Part shown: piece by piece, positions 10,683 through 19,102 of the stretch | Numbering within the stretch: position 1 is the stretch's first letter | Layout of the letters: each line of letters begins with the position of its first letter | Origin: an uncultured Spirochaetota bacterium | Lineage (GTDB): Bacteria; Spirochaetota; Spirochaetia; SZUA-6; Fen-1364 | DNA length: 64,000 nucleotides | NCBI GenBank assembly: GCA_963820525.1 | Contig: CAWGAA010000001.1 | Coordinates: 224,001-288,000 of the forward strand | Reading direction: 5' to 3' | The notes under the pieces: generated by a model | Database searches by the model: none | What the model was told of the DNA's origin: nothing | What the model saw: only the letters and a program-made list of their open reading frames with translations | Translations under genes and position numbers: made by a program

Positions 10683-11584
10683 TCTCATTCCTTTGTCTGG
10701 GGCTTTGTGGATTTGTTTTCGATGCTTATTGCCAGCCGGTAAAAGCACCGTACTGGCTTCTCTATGAGCAGGGGAATGCTTTCTATTCAAAAAAGGAATA
10801 CGGTGCTGCGCTTCAAAAGTATCAAGAGGCTATTGCGGCTTATGCTTTTTTTCCTGAAGCTGAAATGGCTATAGGCGATGTATATAGGCAGGAGAGCGAG
10901 AGCGATCTCGCTATCAAGCAGTATCAAAAAGCATACAATTTAAAGAATTACTTTTACATTCCTTCCATAAAATATGATGTGCTTTATAGAATTGCAGCAA
11001 TCGATCAAGAGCAGCAGCTCTATAAACAGATGGAAGACTCGCTCATGTCCATTATCAACGAAGATAAAAGCTATAATGAGCCTGTGACATCCAAGCTCAA
11101 GGAGCAGATCGAAGCTAACTACTTTGGCAAGGGCATCGACTATGTTCTACGCCTCTATCGTCTGCCGAACCTCTTTGCTGCAGATGCATATTCGCAGCTG
11201 GGATTGTTCTATTACAGGTCAGGAAGGTTCAGGCAGGCGAACCTCCTTTTGATCTACGCCGTGACCTATAAAATAGGCGAGGCTGGTCGCTTCCTTTCAG
11301 AGCAGGATGTTGACTTTCAGTTTACATCTTTAAGTGATTTCTTACATATTGCAGAAGCGGATAAAACTGTAGCGCAATATCTTACTGAATCTGATGTCTA
11401 CAAGGACTTGTATTACCTTGCGGGCTCAAGCTTCGGCGCTGAATATCCTGCACATTCGATGAGCATCTGGAAGCTCTTATCCCAATCAAAGCTGTCCGGA
11501 AAATACGCTGATCTCTCACGGCGTCAGATCACAGCGCCCTGGATCGAGCCATATCTGCAGCTGCCGCGAACAAAAGGATCTTGA
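10667..11584 (+). CDS. Exported tetratricopeptide-repeat protein (low GC)
   Basis: ATG 10667 (MRTRLISFLCLG, signal-like) overlaps the ispG end. TPR-like helices (EQGNAFY..KEYGAALQKYQEAI; AIGDVY...AIKQYQKA). Confidence 0.8.
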   Translation: MRTRLISFLCLGLCGFVFDAYCQPVKAPYWLLYEQGNAFYSKKEYGAALQKYQEAIAAYAFFPEAEMAIGDVYRQESESDLAIKQYQKAYNLKNYFYIPSIKYDVLYRIAAIDQEQQLYKQMEDSLMSIINEDKSYNEPVTSKLKEQIEANYFGKGIDYVLRLYRLPNLFAADAYSQLGLFYYRSGRFRQANLLLIYAVTYKIGEAGRFLSEQDVDFQFTSLSDFLHIAEADKTVAQYLTESDVYKDLYYLAGSSFGAEYPAHSMSIWKLLSQSKLSGKYADLSRRQITAPWIEPYLQLPRTKGS

Positions 11585-11694
11585 GCGACACACTAACTGC
11601 CATCTCAAGGCAATCGGATGTTCCTATTAGTAGACAGAATATATATTATCGGAAGTGAAAGATGTCATGAAATTGAATCGAAGAAGGAGGTAAT

Positions 11695-12726
11695 ATGTCG
11701 TACACCGCGTCAGGAAGCCGCTATGGGTCGATGAAGTACAATCGCTGCGGAAGAAGCGGCCTGCTCCTCCCTGCAGTCTCCCTGGGGCTTTGGAACAACT
11801 TCGGAGGTCCGGCGCCTATTGAAAACATACGTCGGATGATATTCAAGGCATTCGACCTTGGGATAACCCACTTCGATCTTGCCAACAACTATGGGCCGCC
11901 GCCAGGCTCGGCAGAAGAGAACTTTGGAAAGATTCTGGCAAAGGAGCTTTCTAGCTTCAGAGACGAGATGATAATCTCGACCAAGGCCGGATACCTGATG
12001 TGGCCAGGACCATACGGAGAATGGGGCTCTCGGAAGTACATGCTTTCAAGCCTCGACCAGAGTCTCAAGAGGATGGGACTCGAGTACGTGGACATATTCT
12101 ACTCCCACCGCTTCGATCCCCAGACGCCCCTTGAAGAGACCATGGGAGCCCTGGAAAGCGCGATAAAGCAGGGAAAGGCACTTTATGTGGGCATCTCTTC
12201 CTACTCAGCAAAGAAGACCGCAGAAGCTGCCGCAATGCTCTCCTCGATGGGCATCCACTGCCTGATCCATCAGCCGTCCTATTCCATGCTCAACCGCTGG
12301 ATTGAGGGAGGGCTCCTTGACGTGCTGGGCCGCGAGGGAATCGGCTGCATTGCCTTCTCTCCCCTCGCCCAGGGCCTCCTCTCTGACAAATACCTCGGGG
12401 GGATTCCGAAGGGCTCCCGCGCCTCAGAGAAAGAAGGACCTTTCGATAAAGGTTTCCTTACGGAAGGAAACCTGACAAAAGTCCGAGGACTGAACGAAAT
12501 CGCCTCGCGGCGCGGCCAGAGCCTGGCCCAGATGGCCCTTTCCTGGTGCCTCCGGGACCCGCGGGTTACCTCGGTTCTCATAGGAGCAAGCAGCCCTGAG
12601 CAGGTGGAGCAGAACGTCGCGGCCCTCGGAAAGCTTGAATTCTCAGCCCAGGAGCTTTCCCAGATCGACAGATTCGCGACGGAATCCGGGCTCAACCTTT
12701 GGGCTCAGTCCAGCGAGGCCGGCTGA
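11695..12726 (+). CDS. gpr: Aldo-keto reductase, L-glyceraldehyde-3-phosphate reductase (YghZ/Gpr) type
   Basis: SLGLWNNFG, GITHFDLANNYGPPPGSAE, ISTKAGY.MWPGPYGEWGSRK and HQPSYSM. Strong SD AAGGAGGT. Confidence 0.92.
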   Translation: MSYTASGSRYGSMKYNRCGRSGLLLPAVSLGLWNNFGGPAPIENIRRMIFKAFDLGITHFDLANNYGPPPGSAEENFGKILAKELSSFRDEMIISTKAGYLMWPGPYGEWGSRKYMLSSLDQSLKRMGLEYVDIFYSHRFDPQTPLEETMGALESAIKQGKALYVGISSYSAKKTAEAAAMLSSMGIHCLIHQPSYSMLNRWIEGGLLDVLGREGIGCIAFSPLAQGLLSDKYLGGIPKGSRASEKEGPFDKGFLTEGNLTKVRGLNEIASRRGQSLAQMALSWCLRDPRVTSVLIGASSPEQVEQNVAALGKLEFSAQELSQIDRFATESGLNLWAQSSEAG

Positions 12727-12798
12727 AACCTGCCGGTGTCAATCTGCGGCCGGATGCTCGGGGAACCGGCTGAGACAGTGTCTGGACCCGGCCGCTCC

Positions 12799-13281
12799 CT
12801 ATACGGCCAGCCTCTTTCGGAAGGCGATCTCACCCGGGACTACGAGCATCTCTTTCCAGAGCCTGGCGGCCCAGAGCTTTCCATGCTCCTCACTCAGCGC
12901 CTTGAAATCGGTCTTTTCGAAGCCCCTGGAGAGGATCAGGCCCACGGACCCGGCGTTGTCCTTCCGTGCGCTGGCGAGCACTTCGCGGGATCCCGAGACC
13001 CTGAAGACCTCCACGGCAGCGTCCAGAAGCGTTCCCCCGATGCCGATGCGGCGCTTCGACCGCGCAACCGCTATGTAGTAGATGTATCCAATACCGCGCG
13101 GGATGTGCTCCAGCATGGAGAGGCCGGCCGCCTCCCCATCGAGCACGGCCCTTTGGACCAGCTCGATCTCCCTGAGGGTCTTCTTCGCGTGCCAGAGGTA
13201 GATGCCCGTGAAACTCTCTTCCAGTATGGAATCGAGGCTTTCCCGAAGCCCTGCCGGCACTTCCTCGATCATGGGGACCAT
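12799..13281 (-). CDS. GNAT-family N-acetyltransferase
   Basis: Motif A YIAVARSKRRIGIGGTLL and motif B N..SVGL..SRGF. Confidence 0.85.
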   Translation of the reverse strand: MVPMIEEVPAGLRESLDSILEESFTGIYLWHAKKTLREIELVQRAVLDGEAAGLSMLEHIPRGIGYIYYIAVARSKRRIGIGGTLLDAAVEVFRVSGSREVLASARKDNAGSVGLILSRGFEKTDFKALSEEHGKLWAARLWKEMLVVPGEIAFRKRLAV

Positions 13282-13305
13282 CGTGATGCCCCCGGGCAGC
13301 CTCCC

Positions 13306-13584
13306 CTACCTCGGATAGCTCGCCTTGGAGAGGAGCCAGATCATGAAAAGTGATGTGCCCACCGCGGCAAAGACGTTCACCGAGTTGAAGTCGGAAAGGT
13401 ACTTGATGACGTTCTGGAAGAGCTGGTCGATAAGCCCGCCCACGAAAGATCCGATGAGCCCGACGATCAGGGCGCCCCAGAACTTGCCCAGGATGGGCTT
13501 TCTGAGGATGAAGAAGAAAAAAACGGCGGTTGCCACGCCGATGGTCAGGTACGTCAGCCCAACATTGAAGTAAAAGAACCACAT
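13306..13584 (-). CDS. Small 3-TM membrane protein (GlsB/YeaQ/YmgE-like)
   Basis: 92 aa with three hydrophobic segments, including LIVGLIGSFVGG. Confidence 0.7.
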   Translation of the reverse strand: MWFFYFNVGLTYLTIGVATAVFFFFILRKPILGKFWGALIVGLIGSFVGGLIDQLFQNVIKYLSDFNSVNVFAAVGTSLFMIWLLSKASYPR

Positions 13585-13602
13585 GGTGTATTGCCTCTCG
13601 TC

Positions 13603-14349
13603 TTATTGGCTGGTGATTATTTGAACATAGCCAAGGTATACTGGTGTTGAGTAGATATCGGTTGTAATATCCTGTTTGCCATAGCTCAAAGCGTAGATTG
13701 CCAGCGTCAGGCCATTGCCAGGTGTTTGCGCAATCGACAGAATCCCCTGGACATCGACGTCAGTGCTTGCATACGTTGGAGGGTCTGAAGGATTTCGACG
13801 AATGAAGAACTTGGGCTGGGTGTACGTTGTGCTGCCGAGCACATTATCGCCGACATTACGTCGAATCCAGTCATTGGCTGCGGGCTGAGTTGGAGCCGTT
13901 GCTCCCGAATAGGTTACAACCGGCTGACTTGTGTCAATATTGCCGTTAAGGCTCACGAAATTTACGGTAATCGCAAAACTCGTTCCCCTGTCCCCAATCT
14001 GAACCGGCAGGAGCGGCTTGTTCACATGGAGATTGCCTGTCGTGGCGCCTGGGTCAAGCGACGAGCAGATCGGCACATACCCGTAGATGTTGCGGAGATC
14101 GCTTTCAAGGGTGTTGCTGGGAACGAGCTGGATCTGGCTCGAGTCGGAATAAAACTTGTAGTACAGCTCGAATCCCCTGAACTCGATCTCATTGTTCGCG
14201 GTCGTTGCCTGGACTGTAAATGTCGGCGTCAAAGACGATGCGAGCCCCGGCGTTCCCGGCGGATTGAGAAACGTCAGAAACTCCAACCCGCAGCCCTGGA
14301 TGAGGAGCGGAATGGCCGCCAGGATCGGGATGACTTTCGAAAGACGCAC
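13603..14349 (-). CDS. Putative lipoprotein
   Basis: GTG start, signal peptide ending LLIQG-C20, and a T/S/N/P-rich mature region. Confidence 0.75.
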   Translation of the reverse strand: MRLSKVIPILAAIPLLIQGCGLEFLTFLNPPGTPGLASSLTPTFTVQATTANNEIEFRGFELYYKFYSDSSQIQLVPSNTLESDLRNIYGYVPICSSLDPGATTGNLHVNKPLLPVQIGDRGTSFAITVNFVSLNGNIDTSQPVVTYSGATAPTQPAANDWIRRNVGDNVLGSTTYTQPKFFIRRNPSDPPTYASTDVDVQGILSIAQTPGNGLTLAIYALSYGKQDITTDIYSTPVYLGYVQIITSQ

Positions 14350-14361
14350 GGTCCCCTCCCC

Positions 14362-16788
14362 TTACCGCGCCCTCCCCTTGCCGGCAAGCGGCTGGGGAGG
14401 CTGCAGGCCGTCCACGATGTCGATGAGCTCGTAGATAAGGACCGACTTGTTCTTGCCCTTGACGCGGATGTAGTCAAGCTCGCGGGCCACCACCTTGTCC
14501 TTGACCAATTCGTGGGTGTACTCGCTCATGATGATCTTGGTGAAATACAGCTTGTTGACGCCCTCCAGGCGCGCCCCGAGGTTGACATTGTCGCCCGTCA
14601 GCGTGTAGTTCATCCGGCCCAGCGAACCCATGTTTCCGACCGTCATGATTCCGCTGTTGAGCCCGATCCCGATGTCGATGCGTTTCTCCGGAGGCCAGAG
14701 GGCATTGAGCTGGCCCAGCACTTCCATCTGCCTGAGGGCGCACTTGCAGGACAAGAGCGCGTGTTCCGGCTGGGGAAGCGGGGCGCCCCAGAAGCACATG
14801 ATCTCGTCTCCCACGTACTTGTCCAGCGTGCCCTGGTAATCGAGGATGATGTCCGTCATGGCGGAGAGGTACGCGTTCAAGTGGTTGACGAGCTCCTGGG
14901 GGGTCATAATTTCGGAAAGCGTCGTGAAACCGCGGATGTCGGAGAAGAAGACGGTCAGCATCTTGTCCACTCCGCCGAGCTCCGGCGGGTTTTCCAGGAT
15001 TTCCTCCACGACGCTGGGGCTCACGAACTTGCCGAACATGTCGCGGATCCGCCGCTTGTCCTTTTCCTCCGTCATGGTGCGATAGGCGACGACGGCGAGG
15101 AAGCAGAGGATCGAACCGACGATGGGAGACGACATGGTGAGCACGTAGTCGTTCAAGTCGAAAACGAGGATGACGACGAAGAAATACGCGAGGATGGCCA
15201 GCAGTGTGGCCGCCAGGGACCAGTTGGTGGAAAGCCGCGACGCCATGAAGGACGTGAGCATGACAAGGGCGAAAATAACGAGCGCGGTGACCCAGGGGTC
15301 CGCGTAATGGAGGAAGTTGCCCATCAGGATCGTGTTCAGGGCATTGGCGTGGATCTCGACGCCGTACATCAGGCCGAAGGGCGACGGTTTATAGTCTTCG
15401 GCCAGACCCGGAGCGAAGATGCCCACCATGAGGATGAAGTTGGCCACCTTCTTGGTCTGCGGCCACTTCGCGGGGTCCGGGGAAGACTGCGCCGCGGCGT
15501 AGCCGGCGTAGGATCTGATAGGATAGGTCTGTTGTCCGTCCGGATTTGAGCTGGAGGGGTCTCCCATGAAGTTGATGAGCATCGCCCCCCTCTCGTCAAT
15601 GGGGATGCGGATTTCGGGAACCTCGCGGAAGACGCCCGGCGTGACCTGGTTTCCGTCGGCATCGTATTGCGGGGCAATGACCACCTTCTTGTACGGCTCC
15701 CACTGCTGGGTCTCGACGTTGAACTGCTGCGGGGAGGGGATCAGGATGTATTTGCCCAGCACCACCTCGATGTCGGAGAGCTTCTTGTGGAAGTACTCCA
15801 GGGCGAGGGAAAGGGTGATGGCGGGAACGAAGGTGTCCTGGTACTTTCGAACCACGTAGTAATAGCGGTCCGGCTTGTTGTCGTTGTTCGTGTCCTCGGC
15901 CTTGGGAGGGGCGTTCTTCTCCACGTCGCGCTTCAGATCCGAGATGACCCGGGGGGTGAGCGGATAGGCCACCTCGTGGATCTGGCTCTCCTTGTCTTCC
16001 CATGCCAGCCGCTCGAAGTTCGCCCTGTCGATCGGCTCGTTCACCGTGAGCTCATCCAGGGGGATTTCCTTTTCCAGGTGGGCAAGCTTCGATACGAGGT
16101 GCTGCCTCCTGTACACCTTGTCGGCATCCTCGAGGAAGGTCGCGTTTCCGTAGCCGTAGGCCGCCCTCGCGTACGGCTTCAGCGGGGAGAGCACGCTGTT
16201 GAAGGTGGCCACCTTCACCCAATCCCCCGTGACGTTCCGGATCGTTCCCAGCCGGTCGGTGAGAACTTTCTCGCGCGCCACGAAATCGTCCTCGGTTCCC
16301 GGAGCGTAATCGGATTTCTGCAACACGGTTTCGAGGAACACGCGGCCGCTGTCCTTGAAGCTCTCGATGAGCCGCGCGTCGTTTTCCGCGTCCTTGTCCG
16401 GCTCAACGAAGAAAATGTCAATGAAGAGCGCCCTCTCGCGCTCGGCCTGGTTCTTGATATGGCTGAAACCATCGATGAGATCGGCATGCCGGTAGCGGGG
16501 GAACGGCCACTTGCCGAACCTGCTCAGGCTCTTGTCGTCGATGCCGACGATGAGGATCTCGGGAGAGATCTTCGGGTTTCTCTGGACTATGGAGACGCCT
16601 TCCTGGATGCGCGTTCGCTCGAACCGGTTTTTCAGCCTGAAGTTGACGTCGAGGGCCTTCTGCTCCAGGTTCTTGATCAGGTTGGTGCCGAAACTCAGCC
16701 CAGAGAACGCCGCAAAGACAGCCAGCCCGATGACCAGACCGAAGTACCGCGTCTCGATGAAGCGCGTCCAGAATCTCTTCTCCGCCAT
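14362..16788 (-). CDS. CHASE2-domain class III adenylate cyclase
   Basis: N-terminal TM, CHASE2 motifs (IVGIDDKSL..FGKWPFPR; MYGVEIHANALNTIL), three TMs, then a cyclase domain (FSDIRGFT, DKYVGDEIM, YTLTGDNVNLGARLE). Confidence 0.93.
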   Translation of the reverse strand: MAEKRFWTRFIETRYFGLVIGLAVFAAFSGLSFGTNLIKNLEQKALDVNFRLKNRFERTRIQEGVSIVQRNPKISPEILIVGIDDKSLSRFGKWPFPRYRHADLIDGFSHIKNQAERERALFIDIFFVEPDKDAENDARLIESFKDSGRVFLETVLQKSDYAPGTEDDFVAREKVLTDRLGTIRNVTGDWVKVATFNSVLSPLKPYARAAYGYGNATFLEDADKVYRRQHLVSKLAHLEKEIPLDELTVNEPIDRANFERLAWEDKESQIHEVAYPLTPRVISDLKRDVEKNAPPKAEDTNNDNKPDRYYYVVRKYQDTFVPAITLSLALEYFHKKLSDIEVVLGKYILIPSPQQFNVETQQWEPYKKVVIAPQYDADGNQVTPGVFREVPEIRIPIDERGAMLINFMGDPSSSNPDGQQTYPIRSYAGYAAAQSSPDPAKWPQTKKVANFILMVGIFAPGLAEDYKPSPFGLMYGVEIHANALNTILMGNFLHYADPWVTALVIFALVMLTSFMASRLSTNWSLAATLLAILAYFFVVILVFDLNDYVLTMSSPIVGSILCFLAVVAYRTMTEEKDKRRIRDMFGKFVSPSVVEEILENPPELGGVDKMLTVFFSDIRGFTTLSEIMTPQELVNHLNAYLSAMTDIILDYQGTLDKYVGDEIMCFWGAPLPQPEHALLSCKCALRQMEVLGQLNALWPPEKRIDIGIGLNSGIMTVGNMGSLGRMNYTLTGDNVNLGARLEGVNKLYFTKIIMSEYTHELVKDKVVARELDYIRVKGKNKSVLIYELIDIVDGLQPPQPLAGKGRAR

Positions 16789-16827
16789 GCCGAGCCCCCA
16801 GAACGGCCCCAGCCGCCGAATGCGGGG

Positions 16828-17541
16828 TCAATTCCCCGTTTGCTTTATCTTGCCTTCCACCTTCAGGGCAATGATTCTGTTGTTTGCCAGCTTTGTCCAC
16901 CCGCTCTGGGGATAGTCGGACCCGAGCTGCTCATACTTCTTCTGGGCCTGATCGAAGGCGCCTTTCGCCTCGTCGAGGCGGGCCGCATCGAAGAGGGCGC
17001 GGGGGACAATGGCCGAATCTGCGAATCCATCGACAACCTTCATGTACGCGGCCGCGGCGGCGTCCTTGTCACCCTTCTGCTCGAGGCAGACGCCGGCGTC
17101 GAAAAGGGAGATGGGAGCGAGGTAGCTTTCGGGGAAACTCTTGGCTAGCTCCTGGTAGTCTTTGGCCGCCTTTTCCCACTCCTTCTGCTGGTAGAAGAGA
17201 TTGGCCCGCATGAACAGGCTCCGCTCGCCGCCGTACTGGCGGGGATACTTGGCCACGATCTGGTCCACCCGTTCCATGAGCTGTTTCTCGAGGGTGGCCT
17301 TCTTGTCGGCATTGGACTCGGCGGACCACCGATCAAAGAGGTCCTGAGCCTCCTCAGCGGCCATTGTGGAGTCCACGGCGCGCTTTTTGTTCCATTCACT
17401 CCAGCCGAAGTAGCCGATGAGGAAAACCGCGGCAAGGATCAGGACCGTCCACAGCACGTATCGTCCGGTATGGACGAAATGGGCGAGAACCTCGCTCGGT
17501 CTTCTTCTCTCCTGGTCGCCCCTCGCTTGCGTAGGCTCCAT
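16828..17541 (-). CDS. Membrane-anchored TPR protein (YfgM-like)
   Basis: ATG 17541 (MEPTQARG) follows the upstream stop. One N-terminal TM followed by TPR repeats. Confidence 0.8.
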   Translation of the reverse strand: MEPTQARGDQERRRPSEVLAHFVHTGRYVLWTVLILAAVFLIGYFGWSEWNKKRAVDSTMAAEEAQDLFDRWSAESNADKKATLEKQLMERVDQIVAKYPRQYGGERSLFMRANLFYQQKEWEKAAKDYQELAKSFPESYLAPISLFDAGVCLEQKGDKDAAAAAYMKVVDGFADSAIVPRALFDAARLDEAKGAFDQAQKKYEQLGSDYPQSGWTKLANNRIIALKVEGKIKQTGN

Positions 17542-17546
17542 GCGTT

Positions 17547-19067
17547 CTATTCCCCTCTTTCCTTCATGATGTCCAGTTCCCGAATGAGCTTCGAGAGATA
17601 GCTGCGCTGGATGTCGAGGGCCTTGGCCGTCCTCGTCTGGTGCCATCCGTTGGATTCGAGAGCTTTGGTAATAAAGTGTTTTTTGAAAATATTCAATGCC
17701 TCTTTCAGCGTCTTGCGCGCATAGCTCTCGTCGGCCAGGACGGAGGTTGAGGCCAGGGTCAGCGATTCGGCGCTGACAAGCTCGTCCCGGGAGAAGACCA
17801 CGGCCCTCTCAACCGCATTCTCCAGCTCCCGGACGTTGCCCGGCCATGCGTAGCCAAGGAGCGCCTCCACTGCATCGTCCGTGAAGCCGCGAAGCTGCTT
17901 CTTGGTCTCGCTGGAGTGCTTTTTCAGGAAAAACTCGGCGAGGATCGGGATGTCTTCCTTGCGCTCCCTCAGGGGAGGAATCGTGATGGGGAGCACGTTG
18001 AGGCGGTAGTACAGGTCGGATCGAAACCTCCCCTGCGAAACCTCTTTCTCGAGCTCGCGGTTGGTGGCGGCTACGATGCGCACGTTCACCGTGGTGGGCT
18101 CGCTTGCCCCGACCCTCTCGAAAGTTCTCTGCTGGATGACGCGCAGGAGCTTCGCCTGGATGGGCAGGGGCATGTCGGCGACCTCGTCGAGGAAGATCGT
18201 GCCTCCGTCTGCAAGCTCGAAGCGGCCCCGCCTGTCGGTCACGGCGTCCGTGAAGGCGCCCTTCACGTGGCCGAAGAGCTCGCTCTCCAGGAGGCCCTCG
18301 GGAAGCGCGGCGCAGTTCACCCTGATGAAAGGGCCGTTCTTGCGCGGGCTGTTCAAGTGGATCTGCTCCGCGAAAAGCTCCTTGCCTACCCCGCTCTCCC
18401 CCAACAGCAGCACGGAGGAATCGGTCTCCGCCGCTTTCCAGGCGATCCCCAGCTTTTCCTTGATCTGCCGGCTTTCCCCGACGAAGGTGTGGTATCCCTG
18501 GACCGTCTGGACCTTGTCTTGGAGGATATTCAGCTCGTCCTTGACCTTCTTGAAGGAGAGGGCGTTCTGTATCGCGAGGGCGGCCTGCGTGGAAAATATC
18601 TCCAGCCACTCGCGGTCTTCTTCCGTGAACTTTTTCCCGCCCTTCTTGTTGAGGATCTCGATCACGCCGACGCACCGGTCCTTCACGCGCATGGGAACGG
18701 CGAGGATGGAGGATGTGGGAAAGCCGATCTGCGTGGAGATCTCGGGGTAGAATCGCGGATCCGAGGTGGCGTCGTTCACGATGAGAGAGGCGTTCTTCTC
18801 CGCCACCCACCCCGCGATGCCCTCCCCCATGTTCACGGAGTAGCGTTTCGCGCTGGCCCCCTTGGGGCCGAGGGCGATCTCGAAATAGAGCTTGTTGTTT
18901 TCGGGGTTGACCAGGAGAAGAGAGGACGCTTCGCCCTCGGTAAGCTCCGTTGCGCTGGTGATGATCTGCGTCAACAGCGCCTTGGAGTCCATATAGCTGG
19001 AGTTGATCCGCGCGTAGATCTCGAGAAGGATTTCGAGCTTTTGCGAGTCCGCGGCGATCCTCAGCAT
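17547..19067 (-). CDS. GAF-domain sigma54-dependent transcriptional activator (GAF-AAA+-Fis HTH)
   Basis: N-terminal GAF, Walker A GESGVGKE, ESELFGH.KGAFTDA, FLDEV, RFRSDLYYRL, WPGNVREL and a C-terminal HTH. True start may be 19099 (see findings). Confidence 0.95.
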   Translation of the reverse strand: MLRIAADSQKLEILLEIYARINSSYMDSKALLTQIITSATELTEGEASSLLLVNPENNKLYFEIALGPKGASAKRYSVNMGEGIAGWVAEKNASLIVNDATSDPRFYPEISTQIGFPTSSILAVPMRVKDRCVGVIEILNKKGGKKFTEEDREWLEIFSTQAALAIQNALSFKKVKDELNILQDKVQTVQGYHTFVGESRQIKEKLGIAWKAAETDSSVLLLGESGVGKELFAEQIHLNSPRKNGPFIRVNCAALPEGLLESELFGHVKGAFTDAVTDRRGRFELADGGTIFLDEVADMPLPIQAKLLRVIQQRTFERVGASEPTTVNVRIVAATNRELEKEVSQGRFRSDLYYRLNVLPITIPPLRERKEDIPILAEFFLKKHSSETKKQLRGFTDDAVEALLGYAWPGNVRELENAVERAVVFSRDELVSAESLTLASTSVLADESYARKTLKEALNIFKKHFITKALESNGWHQTRTAKALDIQRSYLSKLIRELDIMKERGE

Positions 19068-19102
19068 CCCGCCGGGGCGCTCCGAACCCTCTCACCCATG
19101 AA

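Noticed and set aside
10400..14350. Low-GC patches as a genomic island or prophage
   Set aside because: No integrase, transposase, tRNA target or flanking direct repeats. Kept only as compositional anomalies.
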